The translations under genes were made by a program, and so were the position numbers. A stretch of 64,000 nt of DNA from Batkoa obscura (lineage: Eukaryota), in assembly GCA_030770535.1 (NCBI GenBank), contig JASVEC010000015.1, positions 248,001-312,000 on the forward strand. Direction: 5' to 3'. The notes beneath the pieces were generated by a model that saw only the letters and a program-made list of their open reading frames with translations, had not been told where the DNA came from and made no database searches. Shown piece after piece: positions 36,962 to 50,064 of this stretch (within the stretch, counting starts at the first letter, position 1; each line of letters begins with the position of its first letter).

Positions 36962-38390
36962 GGAGATGTTCTAATTAGTTTCATTTTTTCAAAATTTTCA
37001 AATTTTATATTTCAAAAATCTTACTTAAAATTCTGTAAAAATAAATTATTAAAAAAGCAAAAGTACCTGACACAGTTTTGGATTATTTTATTATAATCTA
37101 TATTATGAATCAATTGAATTTCTACTAAATTTGATAAAAATTCCTAGATTAAAAAAGCTTTTACTAGTATATTATATACACTGATATCAACTAAAGTTGT
37201 GATATGTCAATAAATATATATTTTATAAAACTCTGTTAAGAAATATTTACTTTTAACTGGTTCATAACGAACATTCCAGATTTACTATCAAATAAATAAA
37301 TAATTTTAATATTATGATTACATTATTAATATATTAATAGATGTGAAATCTGGTACTCGGTGACTAGAGTCAAAGCCAGTTCTTGCTTGGTTGACTAGCT
37401 GTAAGTCGAAAGGTTCTAGTTTATGTGACTAAGATAGACTTCAATTATGAAGAATGTCACGTAATAGGCTACGGACTATGTAAGACAAATAGAATGGACA
37501 ATACTAATGTAAAGCCTATGTAAAATACTATTAAGAAAACTTAATGACTTTATTAAATGTGCAAGATATCAAAGAATAATTCAGTTAAAAAGCCTCGAGC
37601 TACTATACTCTAAAATCTCTTTTATACTCTAAAAAGTACAAACATCAAAATGAGAAGATAACAATCTTTGGGATGAAGCTAGAAATTCTCATAGCAAATT
37701 AAACTAAGACCATGGGATTAATTGTCTCTAAACTTGAGAGCGCAACAGCTTAGGCGATTATTGTGTTATAATTAAACATGGGCTAACAGCGATATTTCAC
37801 ATAGGTTAACAAATGGCTGTATGGGAGGGAGTAATTAGTCTTAAAACTATAGTTAATCCATTCTTATATAATATAAGTAATATAATAATAGCTTTTATTT
37901 ACTATTATAACTACTTACTCTTTGATTATTTATCAACTTAGCTGTTAATAATTTAACTAGCATTAGCATTTAATAATTTATTAGATATTAAATAATAACA
38001 CAGTTTGTCATATCTAGAAATAAAAATCTCATATTTTGAAATTAATTAATATTTTTTATTTTATTTAATGCTTTAAAACTATATTTTCATCAGCATTATT
38101 ATCTTATAATGTTTAATGAAAAAATTAAATTAAAATTTAAACTACTATCTGTTTTGTTAATTTTTTTAAATATATAATATAAAAACTTAACATAAAAATA
38201 CATCCCGAGATAAAAAACCACTTTAAAGCTTAATAATTTTACTAATAATTTTTAAAACTTTTTAAACAAAAGCTTTTTAAATATGGAATTAATTTAAATA
38301 ATTTTCTGTATATGCTGAATTATAATTTAATATTTTAAATCAAAATAAACTTTGCTTATTGTTTTGTTATTTTTAACTATATCTCTGGCA
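36962..38390 (-). mobile_element. Fourth, decayed Sola-like remnant (3' end)
   Basis: Begins GGAGATGTTCTAATTAGTTTC after ATAT; 37802-37980 matches 8195-8370 (ATGGGAGGGAG); 38300-38360 matches 8985-9060; far boundary approximate. Confidence 0.7.
37342..37801 (-). mobile_element. Solo-LTR-like element, 460 bp (long variant)
   Basis: Reverse-complement homologue of 27123..27583; flanks TAGA/TAGG. Confidence 0.85.
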
Positions 38391-38409
38391 CTTTTTGAAA
38401 ACTATTACT

Positions 38410-38507
38410 GGGGGTGTTTTTTTTGATTTCATTACTTTTCCATTTTTTAAGCGCTATTTGAGTGGAAATATTGTTAGTAAAATTCTTAAACACAAAAAAA
38501 CATCGCC
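38410..38507. mobile_element. ~98 bp MITE
   Basis: GGGGGTGT...ACATCGCC, consensus core. Confidence 0.85.
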
Positions 38508-38781
38508 ACTAATGAATTTATCTACTATAAAATTTCAGGCTTTTAATTTCTTTTAATTGTTTTGAAACATAAAACATTGATTTCTAATTTATGATTTTTA
38601 TTTACATTTAAAGCTTGAGTTTTAAATTAATTCATTTTGTTATTGAATCAAAGCATTTAAATAACTTATTCTTTCAATTACATCACCATTTAAAACTACG
38701 CCAGTTTAGAACTAAAACAAAAATAGTATACTTTATTAAAATAAATACAAAAGGATAATTGATATAACAAAGCTATAAAAT

Positions 38782-39363
38782 TTAGAGATCGCAATCCCTA
38801 TGTGCCGCAAGCAACATTTTTAAATCTAAGATGTCTTCTTTGAGGCTAGTAATTTGTTTTTCTAACTCTTCGTTTTGTTGTTCACATTGTGTTATCTGTT
38901 GTTCTTGAGTTTGGATCCATTGCTTCTTACGGATTCTGCACCTTTGAGCTGCTATTCTATTGCTCTCTAGTTTCTGCTGTTTGTTTTGGCGCTGTCTTTT
39001 GCTCTTCATTTCTTCATTCTTTGATTCCATTACACTATTATTTAAAGTGTATTGATTTACTACTTCTTGTGATGGGCTAGACATGGTGGAAATGGTAGTT
39101 TCACTAATTTTAGATAAGTCTTCTGAGTAAATTGAGTATAGAAAAGGATCATTAAAAGCCTCATTGCTGTTATTAAAAGGTAATGTGTATAATAGTGTAT
39201 CTAAAGGGGTGCCTAAAGGACCAGAGAATAAGTTATCGGCTGAATAATGAAAGTCTTGAATCAACGTGTTGTCCTCAAGATTTGGATTATAATTAGAATA
39301 TCCTTCCCCTAATTTTACAGCTAGAAGACTGGCTTTTAATTCACAAGCGGAGTTTAAGTACAT
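38782..39363 (-). CDS. bZIP transcription factor, Atf1/ATF2-like (array member 1)
   Basis: Basic region LESNRIAAQRCRIRKKQW, leucine zipper, C-terminal LKMLLAAHRDC. Confidence 0.92.
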   Translation of the reverse strand: MYLNSACELKASLLAVKLGEGYSNYNPNLEDNTLIQDFHYSADNLFSGPLGTPLDTLLYTLPFNNSNEAFNDPFLYSIYSEDLSKISETTISTMSSPSQEVVNQYTLNNSVMESKNEEMKSKRQRQNKQQKLESNRIAAQRCRIRKKQWIQTQEQQITQCEQQNEELEKQITSLKEDILDLKMLLAAHRDCDL

Positions 39364-39635
39364 TCTCGAATGATGATAAAAAATAATTTTAAATTATTAC
39401 TTTCATTTGCTTTTATATTATTTAATCATCTGTTCAGCATCTCTAGCTATTTTGTTTCATTGGAAGATTCCTACACCAAAACTAAAAGCTGTTTTATTTC
39501 CTCCAATAATGGCTTGAACATCCAATTTTTAAGCCTCACCTAACTAAGTTTGGCTAAATTTAATTCGATCATTTTGTATTAGAACTTGCTTTATTTGGAT
39601 ATAACTTGACCTTTTAATCTTAAGGAATGCGCTAT

Positions 39636-39645
39636 ATGACGTAAT
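39636..39645. promoter_or_regulatory. CRE-like site ATGACGTAAT upstream of bZIP member 1
   Basis: Contains the ATGACGT heptamer about 270 bp upstream of the ATG; similar ATGATGTAATAAT at 45445 upstream of member 2. Confidence 0.4.
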
Positions 39646-40973
39646 AATTGATTGAGCCTAACAGTAAAAATAGGTTGGAATGTTTAACTATTTAAATAAG
39701 TTCTAAAATAAAAAAGAAAACAGAATAATTAATAATTGTTGAATTTTATGTCTTAAAAATTAATAGGACTATTACTCCATTTATTTAAGTTTTATTAATT
39801 AATATAATTAAAATATCTAAGAGTTTATTTATTAAATATGGAAACTGATTCACTTTAGTTTTTCGATCTATAGTTTCTTTTCTCAATTGAGTTTTCGATC
39901 TGTATTTCTCTACTTAAAAATAGATTTTTTTAAAATCATAATATCCCTTTTTTACTTTAAAATGTAAATTCATAATTTTGGATTTCTTTTCAAATAACTT
40001 TGGTATTAAAACGAGACTAAGATAGCTGCTCAAGGATAAATAAGATTGTTTATTTACGAACGGAGTGTACTATTAATTTTTTAGTAAGTTGATCTTTATC
40101 TTTTTCTCAAAAGTTTATTTTCGGAGGTATCTAAATTTAAACAGAGTCTAAGTGTCTATTTTCAAATACTCAAATTGAGGATGATGAACAGGGTTAACCA
40201 AAACGGAGAAGAGGCCTTAACTAATTTAAGTTATGTTGCACTTTAAATTTAAAAATCATTTAATATAATTAATTAGTTTAAGTTTAAATGTGGATTTTTT
40301 CGCAAAAATTCTTCGTTGCCTATCTATTTGATAATTTTTGCCAAGGCTTAATCCTTAGGCTCTAGCAAAATATGCGTATAAATAGCATCAAATGAACAGT
40401 TAGAGTTGGTCATTAGAACTCAAACAGTTATAATAAGTTAAAGTTTTTAAAAATAGATTACTGACTTTTTTAGCAAAGATAATTATCCGATAAAGTTAAA
40501 TGCATCATAATATAGGAGGTTGGAAAATTAATTGAGTAAGTTTGCTTGTTATTAACCCATCAATTGAGATCATAAGTCCTTTTTTAATTTAGAGTAAAAC
40601 TATTTTATTATCATATTTTGAATGATTTTCCTCTTTTTTACATGGCTGTTTATATCCTATTTTGTGTTTAATTAAACAAATATATGTTAAAAAAGATTAT
40701 TCCTAAACAATATTAAATAATAAGGAATATCGAAGAATTTATTAATAAAAATCATACAACGATATAATCTTATCAACCTATAAGAAAACCAAAATTAGGT
40801 TAATAAAAAACGGCAGAAGCTTTATTTTTTTATAATAAAACAAAATATATTTATGTAGATCGTAACTATATTTCTAACACATTAGAGTTTGATCTCACGT
40901 TTTAACTTACAAAAATTCAAAACTCAACAGATATATTTATTAATTTTAATTAGACAAGCTTGGTAAAACAAAA

Positions 40974-41592
40974 TATAATTGTTGTAACTCTTTTGGGACT
41001 TTTGTAACTATTCATTTAAGAGAACAAACTGTGTCAAAATTTAAACAAACTTGAGAGTCAGCCCTTAATAAATCGATTACATAAATAATTTAATTACAAA
41101 ATTGTTGCCAAAAGAGATCGCAAAAGAGTCATAACAGCCACAACAAAAAAATAAGTAACTCATACATTAGACATATTGAAGTAAATGCACAGATTACTGA
41201 AAAAAGTTAGCTATTTTCTCCGTTATAACTTATGCACTTGCCTCAGCTGCATTTATGTGCTAATTGCTTACATTTTATGCTACTGTAAACTTAAAAATTA
41301 AATTTAGACATAACTCAAGGATAATGATATAGTTTATCTCAGCCTATTTTCATTGCCAAATTTTCCTCCCAAATATTATCTAATAAAAACAAGTATAGCT
41401 TATTTTAGTAGTAACAATATTAATCTTTATACAACTACTGCTTCTCTTTTGCGATCTATTTAATGGGCCACTTAAAAAAATGTGTTGAGTTTAAATGACT
41501 ATAAGGATCATGCTTTATAAAAATTAGCTATATAGATAACTTGTTTATAAAAATCACCACTAGAAAGTCGCAAAAGGGTTACAATGGCCGTA
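40974..41592. mobile_element. Two decayed ~165 bp units of a second TIR/MITE family (40974-41142, 41430-41592)
   Basis: CTCTTTTGCGA / TCGCAAAAGAG-type inverted motifs at both ends of each unit; best end AGTCGCAAAAGGGTTACAATGGCCGTA. Confidence 0.55.
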
Positions 41593-44522
41593 TTTACCTA
41601 ATTTTAAAATAATAATAAAGGGCTTAATTGAAACCTTTAGGCTTTATTTCAAACTAACGGTTTTATTATAGCAGTTGAGGTATTTACAATACTCAAGTAC
41701 TCCCTACTCGAATTATATATGCCAGGATATCATAACATCAATTGAAGAGCTATTCTAAGTAACTTTTGGAATCTATTCCAGTCTTATTCCCTAATTACTC
41801 AAGTGGATAAAGGATAGGATAGTGTTAATGACTACTATATATGTTTTCAAGTATAAAGAATATCTGAAACTGGTTAGTTAATTTATATATTTAGTTTAGA
41901 AGAAATCACAATTAAACAGTTAATCTAATTAATCTTCAGAATGTATCTTCGTTTTATCCTAGAGACCATACAAGTATATAAAGGAAAAGACAGTATTAAT
42001 AGCTCCTACATATGCTATAAGCCGCGGTGAAGTAAATGAATCAAGCTTATTGACTAACCTTTAATTTAATTAATTAGAATTTTATATATATTATGCCCAA
42101 GAATGTAATTCATTTAGTAATATCGGAGCTGAACTTCTTAATTTAGTAAATTGAGTGACGAGATTTTTGCGAAATGGCAGTAGTTCGATAAATTTGCTTT
42201 TAGTATATGGAACTGCCAACCATTTATGGCTGTTTAAAGACATAAATCTGAATAGACTAATATACAATCTTTGACAATGATTGGGTCTGAAAGTGAACAA
42301 TAAGTAAAATACTACAAAGATAGTATTAATTTTAATTGTATAATTTTTATATAATTTAATATTAAACGCTCATCCTTTTACGCTTGTAATAGCAATATAA
42401 CTTTAACATTATAACTTTTTATTTAAGTTTACTTAAGTTTCAATTAAGTCTCTAAAACTTTTGTCATTTTATTATTTATTTTCAATTTTAATTACTAAAA
42501 AATCATAACAACCTGCTCGGTTCTTTTGAATAGCTGCAATAGATTAATAGCCGTGTAAATTATATAGTTAATTCTAGATTTATGTATAATAAAAGATAAC
42601 GGAAAGCGGATAAACGAGATAATTAGCTGAAAGTGATTTGATTTTACATATGACCTAAAGTATGGGTCTGACATTATTGAATACTTTTTATAAAACTTTA
42701 TTTATAAAACAAATAATCTTAAATAAATTGTATTAGATGCAAGTATTTGATTGTATATCTAATAGTTATAAATCTGACTAAATGAAAGAAAGCAATAATT
42801 TAATGTTATTGGATTGTAAATATAGTAAATTATATTTTGTATTTAATAGATCATTGATCAGGGAACGCACAATTTGACCAATATTTTCTATTGAAGAGTA
42901 AACGCCTAATATAGAAAATAGAACAATTTTAGCCAAGTTAATGTATAGTATACATTCTTTAGAGTAAAAACTAGGTTTTGCAAAAATAAAGCTCAGTTTT
43001 GAAAGTGCTTTATTTAGGCAAATTCAACTTCCAATCAAAAGGGGTTTTACAAAAATATGGCCAATCTTTTAACAGAGCTATCTTTTTAAGTTGAACTCAA
43101 AAATTTAATTTTGATATGAAAATGAAGTTACTATAAAATTGTATTATTTAATAAAATAAATGAAAACTAAAAAAATGATTTAAGCTAAATTATTTAATAT
43201 TATAAACTCTTTATTTAAAGTTAAACATTATTCTTTTAATTTCTTAACAATAATTTTAACCAAAATTTTTTGCTCAAAAGGTGAATTTACAAAAAAATAA
43301 ATTTGATCAATTTGATTGGTTGTAACTAAGAAGTTTCAAAATTGAATTTTATTTTTACAAAAGCCAGTTTTTATTTAGAGTGTTAGTGTTATCCTAAATT
43401 GAGCCCTCTAATTTTTTAAATACTAATTTACCATTTTAAATTTCTAAGTTTTAAACTCAAAGTCAAGAAGCTTAAATTTTTTATTTAAAACACAGTTTTA
43501 ATCCTATAACTCTTCTATTCATGGCATAATATTAAAGTTTGAAACCAATTAAGCTGGAGTTAAGTTTGTACTTTTTTATTCGCTTCAAATACAAAGCAGT
43601 TCGAAGAAGAAGCTACTGCAGCTTGACAACACGAAATTCGAATATTTAATTCGAATATTGAGACTTTCCATAATAAATATTAATAATTGTAATAAAAATT
43701 ATAATTTTCTTATGAGGCTCTATGTAACACCACTAGACTTCGAGTAGAAATTAATCGTTAGCTATTAATTCCTATTTTTCATCTATTTTTATTATCAAAG
43801 TATTCATCTATTTAATATATATATTTCATTATTATTATAATTGAATAAATTTTTATCGTTTTATGCCAAGGCGTTCTAATTAGTATTTTAGCATGTTATA
43901 AATATATAGCGAACAAGATACATTTTTATTTATTACAATAAAACAAGTAAACTTAATGCAGCAGAATCGATTTTTTTTCTCGATCTTGAGGTTCCTTAAA
44001 CTATTAAATCATTGATGAGTTGAGGATAATCGTGTACTCTGATTAGTTCCATCAAAAATCATAAATATTTCCAAATCGTTATCTCAAGGTTTAGAAAAGG
44101 ATTTATGACATAAAATTAAAGAGGTTTAATGCTTATAGAAATTTGTTCAAAACCAGGTTATATTTAGAAGCTTTGAAAGAAGAGTCTTAACTTTTTTAAA
44201 GCCATGCAATCATATATTACGATTCCTATTGGCTCTTTTCCAAATTAGGTCGCTTTCAATTTTGGTGACGAAAGCTTAGTTTAAAAATTAGTCATAAAAC
44301 AAATCTCCAAAAAGATTTGTATTGATAAATACTAAAGCTGTTTTAAAATATTAATAGAGTATAGTAAATAATAAATAGTAAATAGTAGTAAATAGTATGA
44401 AAAATTACTTTAATCGTATTTAAAGTAAGTTAAATAAAATCAATATTAGTCAAAAACCAAATTACACAGAAATAAATATTTTATTTATAAGCGTATACCA
44501 AGGATACAATAAAGGTAAACTT

Positions 44523-45140
44523 TTAAGCAGAAGAGTTCAAGGATATATTACAGTTGTTGTTATGTGCAGATAATAACATTTTCAAGTTTAAGATTTCGTT
44601 CTTTAATTCAGTTACTTGTTCACTCAAGTAATCGTTTTCATCATCTAACAAGCGAGTTTCGACTTCTTTCTTTTTTAGCCACTCCTTCTTTTTTTGTCTA
44701 CATTTTGAAGCAGCTTCGCGATTTTTTACAAGAGTTTCTTCTTTTGTAGCCTTCCTACGTTTGTTTCTTTTGTTCATTTGGATTTTTTTAGTGACGTTGT
44801 TTGGACCACTATTTTGCTCCAATTTAACTGTGTTCAAATATTGGGGTGGAGAGGAGGTAGAAGGAGAACTGATAAAATGGCCAAAGGTTGATTCGAAGGG
44901 ATTAGGTTCTTGAAAAGTGTTATTTTCGGTTGGGTCAAAGTCAAATTTGAAAAAATCTTCGTATCTAAATGACTGTGCTTCGGGAAGGTCGAAGATAAAA
45001 GGATATTCGTTGCTTAAGAGTGCTATAGTATTGTCACAGAATTGATTTGTGGTAGGATTTAAATAGCTATCAAATAAGAAGCCGTCAGAAGGAGCTGCTG
45101 TGGGCTCAATAAAATTTAAGCTGTTAAATTGAGAAAGCAT
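44523..45140 (-). CDS. bZIP transcription factor, Atf1/ATF2-like (member 2)
   Basis: EPNPFESTFG motif; KNREAASKCRQKKKEWL; zipper ending LKMLLSAHNNNC. Confidence 0.93.
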   Translation of the reverse strand: MLSQFNSLNFIEPTAAPSDGFLFDSYLNPTTNQFCDNTIALLSNEYPFIFDLPEAQSFRYEDFFKFDFDPTENNTFQEPNPFESTFGHFISSPSTSSPPQYLNTVKLEQNSGPNNVTKKIQMNKRNKRRKATKEETLVKNREAASKCRQKKKEWLKKKEVETRLLDDENDYLSEQVTELKNEILNLKMLLSAHNNNCNISLNSSA

Positions 45141-46277
45141 AATAAAATATTAATTGAGAAATAGGAAATCGGTTTCCTTTTATACATTTTGACTTTGAAA
45201 TTTAAAGGCATATTTAAAAACTCTTTATTTAGCTAGTTTTGTATCACTTGGGTTACTATCTGAAACTATCCAAAACCAATCTATCGCTGATTTAATACTG
45301 AACTGTTATTGGGTAATATATATCATAGTTATACTTAAGCTATACAATTTTTTAAAGAATAAAAGTAATGCTGAGGTTTAAAAAATTAATTTTTTTCGTT
45401 TTTAAAATTTTTGATAATTTTGGTCCTAAATAAACAGTTACTTTATGATGTAATAATGATCACATCTGAGCGTGAAAAGGACCTTAAATTTTAGCTATTA
45501 ATACTACTTGTTCAATTTTAACAGAAGATTGGGCATTTGTGATTTTGTATTTGCTAAATTGAATTGCCATGGTTTTTTCTGTTTTTGTATCTAAAAATAC
45601 AAAATGAGCCTTTACAATCTCACGTTTAAATCGGGTCAGTAATATGTCACAGCTTGAGTATGTATTTTGTCTCGGCAGTTCGTTCATTTTAAAAAACAGA
45701 TTGAAGTTTAATATTAAAATCTTTAACAAAGAATATGCTCATTTGTTATTATATCATAAGTTTAATATATAAACTTGATTGAATATTTTAAGCCTGAATT
45801 TATGATAACATAAATGCTAAATTATAATACCATGAAAATTAATAGTTTTATTATATATATATATATTTTTTAAAAGTGTGGTTTAATATTAAATAAAGAT
45901 ATGATAACAGAGCCATTAATAATAAAAACATTTTGATCAAACTATTAATCATATCTAATATCATAACAAAAATTCAATGTAATTATGAAATGTATTATAA
46001 AAACTATTTTATTATATTATAATTTATATTATAATTTATATTATACTTATTTCATTAACTGCTTATTAAACTTAGGTTCTTATTTTATTTTATTTAATAT
46101 TAGGATTAAAATCGAATATTATATCTGTTTAAGTTTTTTATTAAAAAAGGTTAACTGGGTATCTAAAACTTAAAAAACTTCGAATATTTTAGTTTGAAAT
46201 AAACATAAACTATTAATACGTATATAAAGTAGTTGAGTTATATATTTAATTCAAAAGTATATTTTGTTTATCAATAT

Positions 46278-46479
46278 GAGGATGTTTTTTTTGGTTTCAT
46301 TACTTTCTCCATTTTTTAAGTACTATCTAAGCAGAAAATTTGTTAGTAAAATCCTTAAACACAAAAATACATCCCCACATGGGGATGATTTTTTTGATTT
46401 CATTACTTTTTCCACCTTTTAAGCGCTATTCAAGCGGAAAATTTGTTAGTAAAATTCTTAAACACAAAAATACATCCCC
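46278..46479. mobile_element. Head-to-tail MITE dimer (46278-46376, 46381-46479)
   Basis: ATAT-[MITE]-ACAT-[MITE]-ATAT. Confidence 0.9.
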
Positions 46480-46659
46480 ATATAGTAAGTTTTAAATAGC
46501 CTTATGTTATTATTTTTATGATATTAGAAAATATCGATATATATTTTTTATTTATTTTCAATATACAATAAATCAATGTCATCAACCAAAGTTCTAATTA
46601 CATATTCAATAATAAATTGTTATTCTTACGTTTTTTATAATAAAATAACTTTAATACAG

Positions 46660-46755
46660 GGGGATATATTTTTATATTTAAGAATTTTACTAACAATTTT
46701 TCCACTCAAATAACGCTTAAAAATAGAAAAACTGGTGAAATCAAAAAATATTTCC
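46660..46755. mobile_element. ~98 bp MITE
   Basis: GGGGATAT...ATATTTCC, consensus core. Confidence 0.8.
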
Positions 46756-47624
46756 ATATGCTATTTGATTGTAAGGAGTTTTACCTAAGATGTTTTTAGT
46801 TTTATGGGTAATGTTTTAATTTCAAGCTCCTTAGTGGACAAAATAATGAACCGAAAATGGTGTTTTTTAGGTGATGATTTGGGAGTACTGATATATTTTC
46901 GATTAAATTTTTTGGTGAAGAATGATTTTTGCAATATAAAAATTAATATAAAAATTTTAAATTTTAAATCTTAAATTAAAATGTTTAATTACTTTTCTGT
47001 ATATCAATTAAATTTATAATAGAGTCAGATTAAGGTTACGGGAAAACCATTTTAAAAATATTTTAACTAAAGTAAAAGTCCAAGTAATATATATTATTAT
47101 CTCTTAGTTGTCAATAAATGAGTTATTGTCTTTGAAATAAAAAATATAAGTAATTTGAATTTTTTAATTTACCGAATTAACATTTTAATATTATATAATA
47201 GCGTTTAAAACCAAGCCATTAGAGTTTTTGAGGGCCTAATATCCATTTATATAGATTTAATTATTTAAAAAAACATCAAAATGTATTGAGTCGAAATAGG
47301 GGTTACTTGATGATTTAATATTATTCATCTTTACACTTAATTAAGAATCCCATTTGATCTTTAAATATTTAACTTCAGCTTGTGCATTATTTTATATAAT
47401 ACTTTCTATTTTAATAATTACTCTATTGTAATTTAATTATAGATATTTATACCCTTATTTTAAATGTATATTAAATGAAAAAGATCTATCGCAAACTAAT
47501 AGCAGCATAAATGCTTTAGAGATCATTTTTATTAAAAATAACTTAGTAAACGTAGAATATTTTATTCCTAAGCAACATTTTTTATTTAAATACTAATAAC
47601 ACATGTATATTGTAATGTACAGAC

Positions 47625-48113
47625 TTAAAAACTGCAACTTCGAGATGCTAAAAGCATCTTAATATAAATAATCTCATCCTTAAGGAAATCCACTTGGTCT
47701 TTTAAACGTTTATTTTGGTCTTCAATGATCTGGTTTGCTTGTTGTTTCCGTACCAAACTCTCTTTCTTTACATGATTTATATTACACGTTACTATATTAC
47801 TTTCTAAAGCAGCATCCATGTAGAAGTCCACTGGTATGTAATTATTGTAATGTAAATTAAAATCCATATTACGAGACAATAAATCTTTAAAACCAAAATT
47901 ATATTGACCATCATAATTATCTGCTGTATTAAGCCATTTGGGATTCATGCTCCAATTATTTGTATATTCCTTATTATATTTATATTCTTTATTATATGTA
48001 ATATACTTCTCCAAGGTACTATCATAGAGTAGCTTTGAATATAGTCTAAGGTTATTTAAGCTTGGGTTATTATTTTCAATGAACGGGGTAGCGCTAGATA
48101 AGTCAAAACTCAT
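47625..48113 (-). CDS. bZIP-derived protein with zipper but no basic region (member 3)
   Basis: KKESLVRKQQANQIIEDQNKRLKDQVDFLKDEIIYIKMLLASRSCSF aligns with the paralogue zippers; no NR.AA.KCR. Confidence 0.8.
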   Translation of the reverse strand: MSFDLSSATPFIENNNPSLNNLRLYSKLLYDSTLEKYITYNKEYKYNKEYTNNWSMNPKWLNTADNYDGQYNFGFKDLLSRNMDFNLHYNNYIPVDFYMDAALESNIVTCNINHVKKESLVRKQQANQIIEDQNKRLKDQVDFLKDEIIYIKMLLASRSCSF

Positions 48114-49641
48114 AGTAAAGCTCGTTGATAAATTTTAATAGTATATTATTTATATATATTCTAAAAGGAGACCATTAATTAATGGGATAAAAGTCATTAT
48201 AAAACTTAGAAGATTTATTTTATCTATGTTCTCCCTTCATTATAATAATAGTTACTATTCAAGTTTTTCATGTATCTCAATTTTAAAGTATTCTAACTAA
48301 TTAAAGCTCAGGCTGTTTAATAATTTGATGTGAGGTTTGTTCATTCTGTTTTAGGATGGGTTTTAAAGCCATCCCTTTAAAATGTTCGCATTTTAAAGTG
48401 GCGAATATTATAAATGGTAACTTATTAACTTCAGGATATAGGATATACATCTGCTTAAAATATATAGCTTGTTTAATCATTAGTTCTTTTTAAATAATAA
48501 AATTAGAAATTAAGTATTAAATTTTAATATAAATGCTATAAATATTCTTATTCCGCTTATAACTTAATTAAATACCAAATACTTAACTATAATTTTATAT
48601 TCAGCTTGTCATGATTTCATATTTATCAAAGCAAAATTACCTGTATACTTTAAATATAATTAACCTCTTTACTCCTTATATTTAAAATTGATAAAATATG
48701 CATATGTTTAAGGGAAACAGGACACAATAATATAATTATAAGTATAATAATATAATAATGATAATTTCAAAATAGTATCATGAGTAATAGCTTATAAGAC
48801 TTAAAATTTTAAGTGTAGCTTCTGTTACTCTATATTATTTTAATTTATTTTTTTTACCTTTTTTCCCAAGATAAATACTCGGAAGTCTATTGGCTCTTTT
48901 GAAAAATTAAAAATTTAAAAACTATTCTTTATAATACTAATTTTAAATAGTTAACTTTACGCGGAAGTATCTTTTTAATGGAACTAAAGTCATTTAATGT
49001 AACCCCAACAATGTCCCTAAATATATTTTAATTTTGATTCTATTCAAGGTATTTCATTTTACATAAAAAATTTGGTTTTTTCTATGAAGCCCAATATCAA
49101 GTAGAGATAATTTTACTTTTTATTTTCAACTATACAAGTGATATTTTGCTTTTTGTTTAATGTCTACTGTTTTAAGCCAATTTCAAGGCGGTTACTTTTT
49201 TAAAATAAAAATTCTACACTTACACCTGTGGTTTAATACACATCATTAAAAAAAACCCAACTTACAATTAAAGTGTAGATCCCTATCTGCTATTTAGTTA
49301 TTTCTAATATTCAATATGGTTCTATTTTGTGATGAATTTATTAAATTCTGAATGTTTAAGCTAAACTTTACTATATTATCACATTATGCATCGCTTACGG
49401 ATAAACCATCTTAATTATTTTTTTAATACTGTTTGATTTAAAGTGCTCACTGAATTAAACTATTTAGCGAATAAGGTAACTAGTATTTATAATTATATGT
49501 AAGGAAGTTTTTGAGTCAATTTATTTATTATCATATTCAATGTTATATATTTAGATTGATTTTGATTTATTAAAAGTATGATATATATTGCTTATAATGT
49601 AATAACACTTAACAATAGCTTTTTTTTAATACAATACATAT

Positions 49642-49737
49642 GGGGATGTATTTTTTTATTTAAGAATCTTACTACAATCTTTCCACTCAAATAGCGCTTA
49701 AAAATGGAAAAATAATGAAACTAAAAAAAACAGCCCC
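49642..49737. mobile_element. ~98 bp MITE
   Basis: GGGGATGT...ACAGCCCC, TSD ATAT/ATAT. Confidence 0.9.
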
Positions 49738-50023
49738 ATATCTAGAGAAAAAGCAATTTTATTTCTATCCCCTTTTCTTTCCCTTTTTTAATTGAGGATA
49801 AAATTTTATTTTACGAACTATGGTTGATTAATTCACAAAATCAGTTTGAACTAAGCTTATTTAACTAAGTAAATTATTATACCGAAGAAATTGGAAACCT
49901 GGCAATACTACAATCAAAATGAGTATCATAAACGTTAAGAATGGGTGTTTGATTATCTTGATTCACATGTGTCCATTCAGACTAACTTTCTATAATTATA
50001 TCTTTTATAATGATCATAACTCC

Positions 50024-50064
50024 ATTTTATTTTATTTTATTTTATTTTATTTTATTTTATTTAT
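50024..50064. repeat. (ATTTT)n microsatellite
   Basis: About 8 tandem ATTTT units. Confidence 0.85.
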
